A program made the translations under genes and the position numbers. Positions 14,960 through 34,279 of a DNA stretch of 64,000 nt are shown here, one piece after another. Each line of letters begins with the position of its first letter. Position 1 is the stretch's first letter. The DNA comes from the human T2T-CHM13v2.0 reference genome, Homo sapiens. Under the pieces are notes generated by a model. It saw only the letters and a list, made by a program, of their open reading frames with translations, ran no database searches and was not told the DNA's origin. Location of the stretch: the NCBI RefSeq assembly GCF_009914755.1, contig NC_060929.1. One strand, written 5' to 3'.

Positions 14960-15333
<374 letters not shown>

Positions 15334-15521
15334 TAATGATCTTAGTCACCCTCCTGGAGAGGCACATAGTTTAGAATGTGATGTACAAATCAGGTTTTGT
15401 TTGTTCTTTTTAATAGCATATTATTCCTAGATATGAGCACTATTTCTGTGAATAAAGTTTGGGATAGGTTGTTAGCTTTTGTTGAAATTCTTACCAAAGA
15501 AATGCACCTTTAAAAATGAAC

Positions 15522-15794
<273 letters not shown>

Positions 15795-15847
15795 TTAGTT
15801 CTCCTCTATACTGTACTATGGAATTGACTTTTTAAAAATTCAGTTTA

Positions 15848-16021
<174 letters not shown>

Positions 16022-16024
16022 TCA

Positions 16025-16129
<105 letters not shown>

Positions 16130-16186
16130 TCAAAAAAAAAAAAAATCAGTTTACATTTTAAAAATGACTCATTTATGCCACCAATA

Positions 16187-17102
16187 TAGTCACCCTTCAG
16201 TATCTGTGAGAGGTTGCTTCCAGGACCCCCATGATACTAAAATCTGAGGATGCTGAAGTCCTTGTTATAAAATAGCTTTGTATTTGCATATGGCCTAAAT
16301 GCTCTTGTATACTTTTTTTTTTAATTGTTTTTTTGAGACAGAATCTCACTCCATCATCTAGGCTGGAGTGCAGTGATGCAATTTTGGCCCACTGCAAACT
16401 CTGCCTCCTGGGCTCAAGCGATTCTCCTGCCTCAGCCTCCTGAGTAGCTGGGATTACAGGCACCCGGCACAATCCCAGTTAATTTTTGTATTTTTAGTAG
16501 AGACAGGGTTTCACCATGTTGGCCAGGCTGGTCTCGAACTCCTGACCTCAAGTGATCCGCCCGTCTTGGGCTCCCAAAGAGCTGGAATTACAGGTGTGAG
16601 CCACTGCACCCAGACCTCTTGTAGACTTTAAATAATCTCTAGTTATAATACCGTATACAATGTAAATACTATGTAGAATTGTGATATTGTAGTTTTAAAA
16701 ATCTATTTTTTGTTTTATTGTTTATTATTTTTTTAGACAGGGTATTACTGTTACTCAGGCTGGAGTATAGTGGCATGATCACTCCAGCCTCAACTTCCTC
16801 TGCTCAAGAGATCCTCCCATCTCAGTCTCTTGAGTAGCTGGAACTTACAGGGATGTGCCACCATGCCTGGCTAATTTTAAGAAAAATTTTTTGTGGAGAT
16901 GGGGTCTTACTATGTTGCTGTGGTCAGTCTTGGACTCCTGGGTTCAAGTGATCTTCCTGCTTCAGCTTCCTAGAGTGTTGGGATTACAGGTGTGAGCCAC
17001 TGTACCTGCCCTGTAATTTTTAATTTTTTTTTCCCCTGAATATTTTCTGTCTGAGGTTGGTTGAATCAGAATTTAAAACCCATGGATGTGGAGGGTCAGC
17101 TG
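16187..17102 (+). mobile_element. MER2 (TcMar-Tigger) interrupted by two Alus
   Basis: ttccaggaccccc...aaatctgaggatgctgaagtcc...gtatttgcata and terminal ggttggttgaatc...ggagggtcagctg+TA. Confidence 0.8.
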
Positions 17103-17180
17103 TATTTGAAAATGGATACAATATACCTAAGTGCCTAAGCACTGAAATTTCTTACTTTCAGGATAACCACCTTATGATGA

Positions 17181-17458
<278 letters not shown>

Positions 17459-18056
17459 TGATCCACCCGCCTCGGCCTCCCAAAGTGCTGGGATCACAGG
17501 CGTGAACCACTGCGCCCAGCTCTTTAAGACTTTTTCTTATCCCAGTGCAGAGGTCAGGATTATTCCCGCATTTGAGTGCACTTAGAGGAGATAAGGAATT
17601 TGTCTCAGATTGCGAGCCAGTAAATGGCGGCTGTTAAAACCACTAGGTTGTTTCAAACTCATCATTCTGACATTACAGAGATCTTGCTTAGTGTTGATGG
17701 CCCTAGCCAATGGGTTAGTTATCCTTTCCAGTGTGTTTGGTCAGCTGCAAATCTGGATAAGCGTGTCTCCTCCACTTTGTCTGTGTTTACCAGTGGAGAC
17801 CTCCCACCAGGTGGACATAAATGGTTCATTCTTTTGTGCTAATTGGGTGCCGTAATCCAGCCCCTTGGGAATCTGCCCACCCACACAAGGATGTGCTCAA
17901 GATTTTCAGGATTCTTTCTCTCTGCATTCCCTGAAGAGGAAATAATAAAGGAGAAAATAAAATCCACCAGTTTGGTAACCTTCCCAGAAAAGGAAATGAA
18001 GTTGGTGTGGCATGACTTGTTCTTAACGAGCTTTCTTTTCTTTTTTTTTTTTTTGA

Positions 18057-18391
<335 letters not shown>

Positions 18392-19473
18392 TAGCAGTTT
18401 GAAAAGGGATCTTGTTTGAATTTTTGACAACTTAAGACTGAGTCTGGATTAATTTAGAGTTTCCAAAACTACCACTGAACCTAGAATTTGGGGATATTTG
18501 ACATTCAGCTTCAGAACTAGGATCCCACATTTAATAGTGCTTAACTTCAGATTTTCTGTTTTACTTTTTTTTTTTAAAGGAGTCTTGCTCTGTCACCCAC
18601 GCTGGAGTGCAGTGGCACAATCTTGGCTCACTGCAACCTCCACCTCGGGCTCAAGCGATTCTCATGCCTCAGTTTCTCAAGTAGCTGGGATTACAGGCAC
18701 GTGCCACCATGCCCAGCTAATTTTTGTATTTTTAGTAGAGACGGGGTTTTGCCATGATGGCCAGGCTGGTCTCGAACTCCTGACCTAGGGTGATCCACCT
18801 GTCTCCACCTCCCAAGTGCTGGAATTACAGGTGTGAGCCACCTCACCTGGCCTAAATTCAGTATTCCTTAATGTTCTTTTTCTGAAGACAATCTGGACTT
18901 TTGCCTTTTTATAGTACCATAACATTTTCGCCTAAATTGCTCATTTGTATGTGTGTTTCACCATTACTAGAATATAGAGAAATTGGCCAGGTGTATTGGC
19001 TCATGCCTGTAATCCCAGTACTTTGGGAGGCCAAGGCAGGTGGATAGCTTGAGCTCAGGGGTTTGAGACCAGCCTGGGCAACATGGTGAAACCTTATCTC
19101 TACTAAAAATACAAAAATTAGCCAGGCGTGGTGGCATGTGCCTGTAGTCCAGCTACTTGTGAGGCTGAGGCAGGAGGATTGCTTGAGCCTGGGAGGCAGG
19201 TTGTAGTGAGCTGAGATGATGGCACTGCATTTCATCCTGGGCAACAGAATGAGACCTTGTCTCAAAAGAAAAAAAAAAAAAGTATAGAGAAATTGACTTG
19301 AGTGCTAGTTACAGGGCTGTGTACACTTATGATTTGTGCACTTTTCTCTATGGTATACTTTAAAAGTGGCTTTTAAAAATGTAGAAAAGTCATCTTCCTT
19401 CATGTCTTTGGAAAATTATGCTAATTGTGTTGGTGTTATTAACATTCTATATATTTCCATCTTTGAGGATTTA

Positions 19474-19856
<383 letters not shown>

Positions 19857-21535
19857 TTAATTTAAAAAAAAGTTTTAAGAGTCTGAATTGATGTACTGTT
19901 GTTAATATATTAATGTATGATTGTACAAACCGTATTAGAAAAGGAAAAAAATATCAGATACTTTAATGTACTCATTATAGATGTTACTCAAGTGTCATTC
20001 AGGGATCATACCTTTTAAAGTTACTCTGATACTTTTCCGTTACCTTCAACTTGAAAGCACAAGAGGTTTTGCAGGCAGAGATATCCATGGTCCAATCTGG
20101 TTCCTGTAAACATTCAACAAATTATCTGGACGTCTACTATGTGCCAGGCATTGATTTAATCAGTGAACAAAACATGCAAAAATTCCTGCTCACATGGAAT
20201 TTACCTTCCAGTAGATCTCAAAGTTCCCTACTCTACTAATCACTGGTATAACCTGGAAAGAATTTATTGTTGGTTCAACATAGCTAAGGAGTGGCATGAA
20301 GTTCTGTAGCTGATGTGGGAAGTACCTTGCCAGTGTCTCCAGCACTGGGTTTTCTAGAATAATCCTCAAGCTTTATAGGTTAGGGGGTTGTGTGTTTACC
20401 ACATCTTGCTGAGACTTGTCTTTTTCCTGGAGAGCTCTCAGTGCCCATGGATCCACCTACGGACGTAGGCAGATGACCTCCATCTTCACTTCCTCATGGA
20501 TGCTAACACCAGATGTGCACTCCCCACAAAAACTGGTGTTTCCCAAATGGAACTCATTGTTTCAAACTAGCATAGTGAAAAGCACATGAAATCATCTGGG
20601 TTCAAGTTACATCTGAGTGACTCACTGACATCCATATAACCTTGAGCATATTACTTCACATCTCTTTCTGACCCTCTTTGCATCTGTAAAGTGACTAATC
20701 AACCATGGAGGGTCGTTTTGAGGATGAAAGGAGGTTTTATGTAAAGCACCCAGCACGTCGGTAGGTGTCTGATGAATGTTAGTTTCCTTCCTATCTTCTG
20801 TCTCCTAAGCTAGTCCTTCATTGTTGCCTCACACCTAGGTTTGCTGCTGCTGACTGTAGGTGCTCCTTTTTACTGTTGACTTTGTCTTTCAAATCTGGTT
20901 CAAATCAAACTTACACCTCCCTTGCCGAGAATCACGAACTGGCTCCCTGTTTCCTACCTGAAGGAAGTGAGACACTCCCACTAGACTTTCAAAGCCCTCC
21001 CTTTTCTTACTCATCCTCCATCCACTATATTCTTACTGTAACCTTATTTTAAAAGATGACACCATTCCACCATGCTCCCACTTCACTGTTCCATAAGCTA
21101 GCCACCTGTGTTATCAGCACCACACCAGCCTGGAAGAGCCAGGACCCCAGCGCTGGCTGTCATACGTCACTCCCACAGGCTCTCCTGGTCTAGTGTAGGC
21201 ACTTAATAAATGCTTGTTGAGTGAAATTTCTCCTCAGATGTTTAGGAACTTGTGCTGAAGAATTTTAGGACAAAATTTCAGAAAATGACCAATTAATACC
21301 ATGCATATTGTTTTTTCTCCCCTTGTATAAAAATTGTGCTCAGTTTCGAAGACTTGGAAAAGGAGATAAGGGAAAAATATCTACAATTCCACCATTTATA
21401 GATGCATTTTATTATCATTTTTAATGATAAAGGCATTTAACCCATTAGATGGTTACTTTGCATTGAGGAGCTAGTATGTGCTAGTGCGGCTATATGTGCA
21501 CTTTCTTATACATTCTCATTTAATATGAACTTTCA

Positions 21536-21882
<347 letters not shown>

Positions 21883-21932
21883 ATGTCATCCAGGCCTCTT
21901 GAAAGTCCACCTCCTTACAGGCCTGATGAATT
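21883..21932 (+). CDS. OCLN: Occludin exon 2 coding part: MSSRPLESPPPYRPDE(F), includes PPxY motif
   Basis: ATG at 21883, 50 nt, donor TT|gtaagt. Phase 2 matches exon 3 (TT|C = Phe). Confidence 0.98.
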
Positions 21933-22462
21933 GTAAGTAAATAATTCTTTAGTTATTCTCTTTTAAAAAGTCTATCACATGTAAACAATAAGTATGGTTG
22001 AAACTTTAAGTGTTTGCTTTTAAAAATAAAACGATATGTGTACTTGTAAATTTAAATTGTATCAAAGGGTCTGCACTGAAAACTGAATTTCTCTCAACTT
22101 TCAGAATGACAGTTTGTCTCTGCTAGGACAACTGCTGTCACCTATTCCTAATGTTTGTTTCAAGAGATTGCCAAGGTTTATATTTGTATGTTCCTTTTTG
22201 TTTTGTACAAATGATAATGAAGCTTCCATTTAAATGCCTCATTTAGGTGGCCATTGGGAACATATTGTCAGTTTTTAAAAATAACAGCTTTAGGCCGGGT
22301 GCGGTGGCTCACGCCTGTAATCCCAGCACCTTGGGAGGCCGAGGCTGGCGGATCACAAGGTCAAGAGATCGAGACCATCCTGGCCAACATGGTGAACTCC
22401 CGTCTCTACTAAAAATACAAAAATTAGCTGGCTGTGGTGGCGCGCACCTCTAATCCCAGCTA

Positions 22463-22621
<159 letters not shown>

Positions 22622-22724
22622 TCATGCCTGTAATCCCAGCACTTTGGGAGGCCGAGGCGGGTGGATCACCTGAGGTCGGGAGTTTAAGACCATCCTGACC
22701 AACGTGGAGAAACCCCCATCTCTA

Positions 22725-22886
<162 letters not shown>

Positions 22887-22909
22887 TCAAAAAATAAATA
22901 AATAAATAA

Positions 22910-23225
22910 AAATAACAGCTTTATTGAGATATAATTAACATACTTTACAATTTACCCATTTAGAATGGATAGTTTAATGGTTTTTAGTATATTCACAGAG
23001 TTGTAGAACCATCACCACAATTAATTTTAGAACATTTCATTACTCTCCAAAGAAACCTATCCATTGGCAGTCACCTCCCAGTTCCATCAGCCCTAAGCAA
23101 CTATTGGTCTACTTTCTGTCTCTATAGATTTGTCTATTCTGCATATTTTGTATAAATGGAGAAATCACGTAATATGTGGCCTTTTGTAACTGGCTTCTTT
23201 CACTTAGCATAATACTTTCCATACT
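22910..23225 (-). mobile_element. Old L1 (L1MB-like) 3' fragment
   Basis: acagctttattgagatataatt...ctactttctgtctctatagattt...ctggcttctttcacttagcataat. Confidence 0.75.
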
Positions 23226-23405
23226 GTCAGTTTTAAGAGTGATTCCTGCCATGATCTAAAACAAGCAGTGTTGAGGGGTTTTGGGCTCCTTGGTCATGTG
23301 AAGACTTATCAGTGAATTTTTGAATTCCAAATTTGCTATCAAACATTGATAGGGATTTCCTCCTCTAAGTAGTTTGCAGCTTTAACCATGATAAGTGTAG
23401 TGGAG

Positions 23406-24375
23406 TGTGATATAGGCAAAAACAAACAGTTTCTCCTGCTGTTCTGTCACAACACATCTGTGACCTCTGATCACCAGAATTTGTGGGGATATTTCCCCAC
23501 CAGCAACCAAGTAATCAGTTCTACAGTGGACAATAGCTGTGTGTCCTCTAATTATCAGTTCAATTCTGACACTGTCAGAGATAGCATCAGATCACAGGTT
23601 CAGGGCTCATTCCCACAAGACTGCCCCCACTTCACGTAGCAGCCACAAGCTCAGGTTGTGGCCTGTGTTTCTGACCCACCTACAGTAAATCAGGATTCCC
23701 ACAGTTGTCTCCTTGGGTGCAATTAATTTGCTAAAGTGGCTTGCAGAACTCAGGGAAACAGTACTTACCATTACTGGTTTATTATAAAGGGTATTACAAA
23801 AGCCAGGTGTGGTGGTGCATGCCTGTTATCCCAGCTACTCAGAAGGCTGAGGCAGGAGGATTGCTTGAGCCCAGGAGTTTGAGGCCAGCCTGGGCAACAT
23901 AGGGAAACCCTGTCTTTTAAGAATGAATGAATGAATGAACAAACAAATGATATTACAATGGATGCCAACAAACACCAGATGAAGAGGTGGACAGGGCGAG
24001 GTATGTGGGAAGCAGCCCTCCCTGGTTGTGCCACCCTCCAGGAACTTGCACATGTTCAGCTGTCCAGAAGTTCTGTGAATTCGGTCCTTTTGGGTTTTTA
24101 TGGAAGCTTTATGACATAGGCATGATTGACTAAATCATTGGCCATTGGTGAGCAGTTTAAGCTTCAGCCCCTCTTTCCTGTCCAGAGAGGGTTGGGGCTG
24201 AAAAGTTCCAACCCTCTAATCCTAGCTCCCATCCTGAAGCTTCCTAGGGCTGCCAGGAACCTATCATCTCATTAGCATATAAGGGATACTTATCACTTTG
24301 GAGAGTCCAAAGATTTTAGGAGTTGTATGCCAGAAAATGGAGATGAAGACTAAATACATATTTTACAATATCACG
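23406..24375. mobile_element. MER21-type LTR interrupted by an Alu monomer (~23802-23935)
   Basis: Hallmark cagaactcagggaaaca...ctggtttattataaagg...gatgaagag segments; termini tgtgatat...atatcac. Confidence 0.75.
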
Positions 24376-24749
24376 TGAAGGTTGTGTTCCAGTTCTTTAA
24401 CCTCCTTACTAGTGCCTAAAACATGGTGGGGACACAAGTTGTTTATGACAATACAGTTTTTAAAACATACTAGAGAATATAGTAATTGAGTAATGCACCA
24501 CTAATCTGACACTTATTTTGTGTTGCTTTTGTAAATAATGGTGAACTGCAACATACATAAAGAAAAGGACACAGAACATATGTAGGAGATCATGAGGAAA
24601 GACCAAGCAAACATACATACTCATCACCCAGGTCAAGAAACAGAACACTTCAAAGTCCTTCCCTGTGTCCTCTCCTTTTCTCTGGAGACCACTGTCCTGA
24701 CGTATGATCATTACCTGCTTTTATCATTTTATCATCTTGTATATCCTAA

Positions 24750-25025
<276 letters not shown>

Positions 25026-25179
25026 TAAAGTGCTGGGATTATAGGTGTGAGCCACCACATCTGGCCAGTTTTACCTGTTTTAAAACTTTATGTAAATATA
25101 ATAATGCGATATGTATTTTTTCATTTTTTTCAGCATTACCTGTAACTGCATGTATTCATAGTTCATCAGTTTTGGCTTC

Positions 25180-26348
<1,169 letters not shown>

Positions 26349-26778
26349 TGGAGTATTCCATTGTATGGATATATTACAGTTACCCATTCCACTGTAGGTA
26401 ATTGGTACAATCACTTTGGAAAACAGTTTGATACTGTCTAGTGAAGTTGAAGATATAAAAATATGTGATCCAGAAATTCTCCTGGTTATATACCCTAGAA
26501 AAATAAGTACTGTTCCGTACCAGAATACACATTCAAGGATGTTTATAGTTAAACTGTTTACAATACCCCCAAACAGAGATAACCCAAATGTCTGAGCAGA
26601 ATGGGTTGTGGCTAGAGGCCAATAATCTTATGTTTTAACAAGCCCTCCAGGTGATTCCTGTGCACAGATAAGCTTTAGTTTCATTTACCCAATGGTTTAA
26701 ATTATTCCAAATAAGTTGTGTTCTTTCTGCTTACTACCAAAAAATGCTAACTTGAAATTATTTTCATGTTCATTTCAG

Positions 26779-27457
26779 CAAACCGAATCATTATGCACCA
26801 AGCAATGACATATATGGTGGAGAGATGCATGTTCGACCAATGCTCTCTCAGCCAGCCTACTCTTTTTACCCAGAAGATGAAATTCTTCACTTCTACAAAT
26901 GGACCTCTCCTCCAGGAGTGATTCGGATCCTGTCTATGCTCATTATTGTGATGTGCATTGCCATCTTTGCCTGTGTGGCCTCCACGCTTGCCTGGGACAG
27001 AGGCTATGGAACTTCCCTTTTAGGAGGTAGTGTAGGCTACCCTTATGGAGGAAGTGGCTTTGGTAGCTACGGAAGTGGCTATGGCTATGGCTATGGTTAT
27101 GGCTATGGCTACGGAGGCTATACAGACCCAAGAGCAGCAAAGGGCTTCATGTTGGCCATGGCTGCCTTTTGTTTCATTGCCGCGTTGGTGATCTTTGTTA
27201 CCAGTGTTATAAGATCTGAAATGTCCAGAACAAGAAGATACTACTTAAGTGTGATAATAGTGAGTGCTATCCTGGGCATCATGGTGTTTATTGCCACAAT
27301 TGTCTATATAATGGGAGTGAACCCAACTGCTCAGTCTTCTGGATCTCTATATGGTTCACAAATATATGCCCTCTGCAACCAATTTTATACACCTGCAGCT
27401 ACTGGACTCTACGTGGATCAGTATTTGTATCACTACTGTGTTGTGGATCCCCAGGAG
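26779..27457 (+). CDS. OCLN: Occludin exon 3 (679 nt): TM1, Gly/Tyr-rich ECL1, TM2, TM3, ECL2
   Basis: Acceptor catttcag|C, donor GAG|gtatga; contains ORF 26825-27463 ([15 protein letters not shown]...HYCVVDPQE). Cumulative CDS 729 nt = 243 codons. Confidence 0.99.
27077..27112 (+). repeat. OCLN: Coding hexamer repeat (GGCTAT)6-like encoding (GY)6 of extracellular loop 1
   Basis: ggctat ggctat ggctat ggttat ggctat ggctac. Confidence 0.9.
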
Positions 27458-27644
27458 GTATGAGTGGTGTTTTGGGTTTTTTCTCCATCTCCTTAGCAGA
27501 GGCCTTCAACTTGAGATATGTGATAGAATCACTCTGGAAACTCTTAAAAAATATTGATGACAAGGCTCCACTTCTAATTAAATCTGGGGGAGGGGCTGAG
27601 TCTCATTAAGATATGATTAACATACCATGTAATTTGATTACTTA

Positions 27645-30390
<2,746 letters not shown>

Positions 30391-31587
30391 AGTTAGTATG
30401 TTTAAAAGCTAAGCAAGTGATTCAAATGTGCAGGTTGGAGTTGAGAAACCTACTTTAGTAACCATGAGTCATACTGATTATATTAATATCTGAAATGTTT
30501 CTGAGTTACTGATCTTTTTTCCCTTGTTTTTCCTTTTTTCTTACACTAACTCAGGAGTTCCCATTCCTGAATGAGTCACTCCTTTGGAGTTAGACCTCTA
30601 GTATCTGTCTACCATTATTTAGAAGACTGAAGGTTTTCCCTGCAGACGTAGGTTTTCACAGTGCTCGTTGTTGCCATTTAGACATGTCCATGGTAGATAG
30701 GGACTGAGGGTTGGTACTCCTATCCTACCACACCCCTATCCCTCTTAGTTCTCTTACTACTTACTCTTTGAAAAATGATGTCACTGTCAAGACAGCTGGA
30801 AGGAGAGCCTCTTGTTCCCATTAGCAGACATCCAGGGTAGAGGCCTGATATTTCCCTCAACTTCAAGTGCCTCCCAGGCCAATATACCATTTAATATCCT
30901 ATCACCACTGGGAGAACTGTTAAGAGTAGGAAGTTTCTTTGTTACAGGGCCCTTTCTAGTAGTATGCAAGACTCCTGAAACAGAGAAACCTGCCAGACCA
31001 AATCAATCATTAGTCAATTTGCTATTTATAGCTTGATTAGATCCATGTCTTCATCATTTTTGGTAAGATAGAGATCTATGGACAGAAATTTACATTCAGT
31101 GTAAAAAGGCTTGCCAAGCATATGTTTTGAACAAGATTACAAGCATGATTGGCTATTTCAAAGCTGTGAATACTTTTGAGAGTAGCATTTTTCAGGCCCT
31201 TTAGAAGTATACCAATGATTGAGTTACTTTACTGGCCATTCTCGTAGGTGCACAAAGCTTGGCCCGTAGGTGTACAAGCTTTGGAACTAGTTTTTTACAG
31301 CTCTGAAATGAGGGTGATGATTGATAGTTCCTAACATTAGGCATTTTCTGAGGATTGAGTCAAGCAGTATGTACGTGTGTGTACATTTGCTGGCCTTAGC
31401 CCAGTTAGTGTGGGTTAGGTTTTATGATATGTCTGAAATGTAACTATTTGCTTCAGTTTTCTATCAATTAAACCACATGGATTTAGTAGGGCCTTAGGGT
31501 AGATAAGGGTTTTAATAATATGTAGAGGGTGAATTGTGATTAAGCAATTAAAATCTAATTATGCCAATATTTTCCACTCCTTTTTAG

Positions 31588-31749
31588 GCCATTGCCATTG
31601 TACTGGGGTTCATGATTATTGTGGCTTTTGCTTTAATAATTTTCTTTGCTGTGAAAACTCGAAGAAAGATGGACAGGTATGACAAGTCCAATATTTTGTG
31701 GGACAAGGAACACATTTATGATGAGCAGCCCCCCAATGTCGAGGAGTGG
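31588..31749 (+). CDS. OCLN: Occludin exon 4 (162 nt): TM4, [54 protein letters not shown]
   Basis: Acceptor tccactcctttttag|GCC, donor TGG|gtaagt; phase 0-0 cassette, absent from the ORF track because it is short. Confidence 0.98.
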
Positions 31750-32169
31750 GTAAGTGTTAAAAAATAACTTTACATCTTTTATTAAAGCCCCAAATTTGTG
31801 TCTGAATTTTTAGTGCTTTGTTAAACTTTATTCTTAGAATTAATGTTTGTATATGTTGCAAAGGTTGTTGCATTGGTTTTTACTCAGAATTTTAAGAGGA
31901 TGGGCTAAGTGGAAATGGTTTTACTAAAAGGTGAAAATCAGATTTCCATTTTCAAGGAGTGAATCTTGGTTTTGAAAAGAAATGGCTTCTAAAAAAATCA
32001 TGCAGAAAGAACTTGGCCTTTGCAAAACAAAAACTACTTCTTCCCTCTACTCCCTTTTATTTTTCTGCTTATCATTTTGGAGATAAACAGAAACCATTGC
32101 CAAAGGTGCTCTCGTGGGTCAAGATTGGCAAGAGTGTTTTTGGAATAGCAGGTGGCAGGCCTTTTAAAC

Positions 32170-34279
32170 TTTTTTTTTTTTTTATTGATCATTCTTGGGT
32201 GTTTCTCACAGAGGGGGATTTGGCAGGGTCATAGGACAATAGTGGAGGGAGGGTCAGCAGATAAACAAGTGAACAAAGGTCTCTGGTTTTCCTATGCAGA
32301 GGACCCTGCGGCCTTCTGCAGTGTTTGTGTCCCTGGGTACTTGAGATTAGGGAGTGGTGATGACTCTTAACGAGCATACTGCCTTCAAGCATCTGTTTAA
32401 CAAAGCACATCTTGCACCACTCTTAATCCATTTAACCCTGAGTGGACACAGCACATGTTTCAGAGAGCACAGGGTTGGGGGTAGGGTCACCGATCAACAG
32501 GATCACAAGGCAGAAGAATTTTTCTTAGTACAGAACAAAATGAAAAGTCTCCCGTGTCTACCACTTTCTACACAGACATGGCAACCATCCGATTTCTCAA
32601 TCCTTTCCCCGCCTTTCCCCCCTTTCTATTCCACAAAACCGCCATTGTCATCATGGCCCTTTCTCAATGAGCTGTTGGGTACACCTCCCAGACGGGGTGG
32701 TGGCTGGGCAGAGGGGCTCCTCACTTCCCAGTAGGGGCGGCCGGGCAGAGGCGCCCCTCACCTCCTGGACCGGGCGGCTGGCCGGGCGGGGGGCTGACCC
32801 CCCCACCTCCCTCCCGGACGGGGCGGCTGGCCGGGCAGAGGGGCTCCTCACTTCCCAGTAGGGGCGGCCGGGCAGAGGCGCCCCTAACCTCCCGGATGGG
32901 GCGGCTGGCCGGGCGGGGGGCTGACCCCCCCACCTCCTTCCCGGATGGGGCGGCTGGCCGGGCAGAGGGGCTCCTCACTTCCCAGTAGGGGCGGCCGGGC
33001 AGAGGGGCCCCTCACCTCCCAGACAGGGCGGCTGGCCGGGCAGGGGGCTGACCCCCCTACCTCCCTCCCAGACGGGGCGGCTGGCCGGGCAGAGGGGCTC
33101 CTCACTTCCCAGTAGGGGCGGCCGGGCAGAGGCGCCCCTCACCTCCCGGACGGGGCGGCTGGCCGGGCGGGGGGCTGACCCCCCCCCACCTCCCTCCCGG
33201 ACGGGGCGGCTGGCCGGGCGGGGGGCTGACCCCCCCACCTCCCTCCCAGACGGGGCGGCTGGCCGGAGGGGGGCTGACCCCCCCCACCTCCCTCCCGGAC
33301 GGGGCGGCTGGCCGGGCGGGGGGCTGACCCCCCCACCTCCCTCCCGGACGGGGCGGCTGGCCGGGCGGGGGGCTGACCCCCCCACCTCCCTCCCGGATGG
33401 GGTAGCTGCCGGGCAGAGACGCTCCTCACTTCCCAGACAGAGTGGCTGCCGGGCGGAGGGGCTCCTCACTTCTCATATGGGGCGGTTGCCAGGCGGAGGG
33501 TCTCCTCACTTCTCAGACGGGGCGGCTGGGCAGAGACGCTCCTCACCTCCCAGACGGGGTCGCGGCTGGGTAGAGGCGCTCCTCACATCCCAGACGGGGT
33601 GGCGGGGCAGAGGCGCTCCCCACATCTTAGACGATGGGCGGCCGGGCAGAGACGCTCCTCACTTCCTAGATGGCATGGGGGCCGGGAAGAGGCGCTCCTC
33701 ACTTCCTAGATGGGATGGCGGCCGGGCAGAGACGCTCCTCACTTTCCAGACTGGGTAGCCAGGCAGAGGGGCTCCTCACGTCCCAGACGATGGGCGGCCA
33801 GGCAGAGACGCTCCTCACTTCCCAGACGGGGTGGCGGCCGGGCAGAGGCTGCAATCTTGGCACTTTGGGAGGCCAAGGCAGGCGGCTGGGAGGTGGAGGT
33901 TGTAGCGAGCCGAGATCACGCCACTGCACTCCAGCCTGGGCACCATTGAGCACTGAGTGAACCAGACTCCGTCTGCAATCCCGGCACCTTGGGAGGCCGA
34001 GGCTGGCGGATCAGTCGCAGTTCGGAGCTGGAGACCAGCCCGGCCAACACAGCGAAACCCCGTCTCCACCAAAAAAATAAGAAAACCAGTCAGGCGTGGT
34101 GGCGCGCGCCTGCAATCGCAGGCACTCGGCAGGCTGAGGCAGGAGAATCAGGCAGGGAGGCTGCAGTGAGCCGAGATGGCAGCAGTACAGTCCAGCTTCG
34201 GCTCGGCATCAGTGGGAGACCGTGGAAAGAGAGGGAGAGGGAGACCGTGGGGAGAGGGAGAGGGGGGAGAGGGAGAGGG
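32170..34279 (-). mobile_element. Full-length SVA retrotransposon (SVA_C/D-like), antisense in intron 4
   Basis: On +: polyT 32170-32183, SINE-R (~32184-32690), GC-rich VNTR (~32690-33845), Alu-like domain (~33850-34200), (GGGAGA)n hexamer to 34279. TSD AAACTTTT at 32166-32173 and 34282-34289; L1 endonuclease-type site TTTT/GA. Confidence 0.96.
32690..33845. repeat. SVA VNTR (approx. 35-50 bp GC-rich units)
   Basis: Repeated ggggcggctggccgggcggggggctgacccccccacctccctcccggac and ctcctcacttcccag units. Confidence 0.95.

Noticed and set aside
17575-17700. YY1-like AAATGGCGGC and short ORFs in intron 1
   Set aside because: Context resembles a decayed MIR (…ccagtaaatggcgg… for ctagtaagtggcag); no independent support.
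30500-31230. Possible minus-strand processed pseudogene (A-rich tail at 30514-30542)
   Set aside because: No convincing TSD and no recognisable parent coding sequence.
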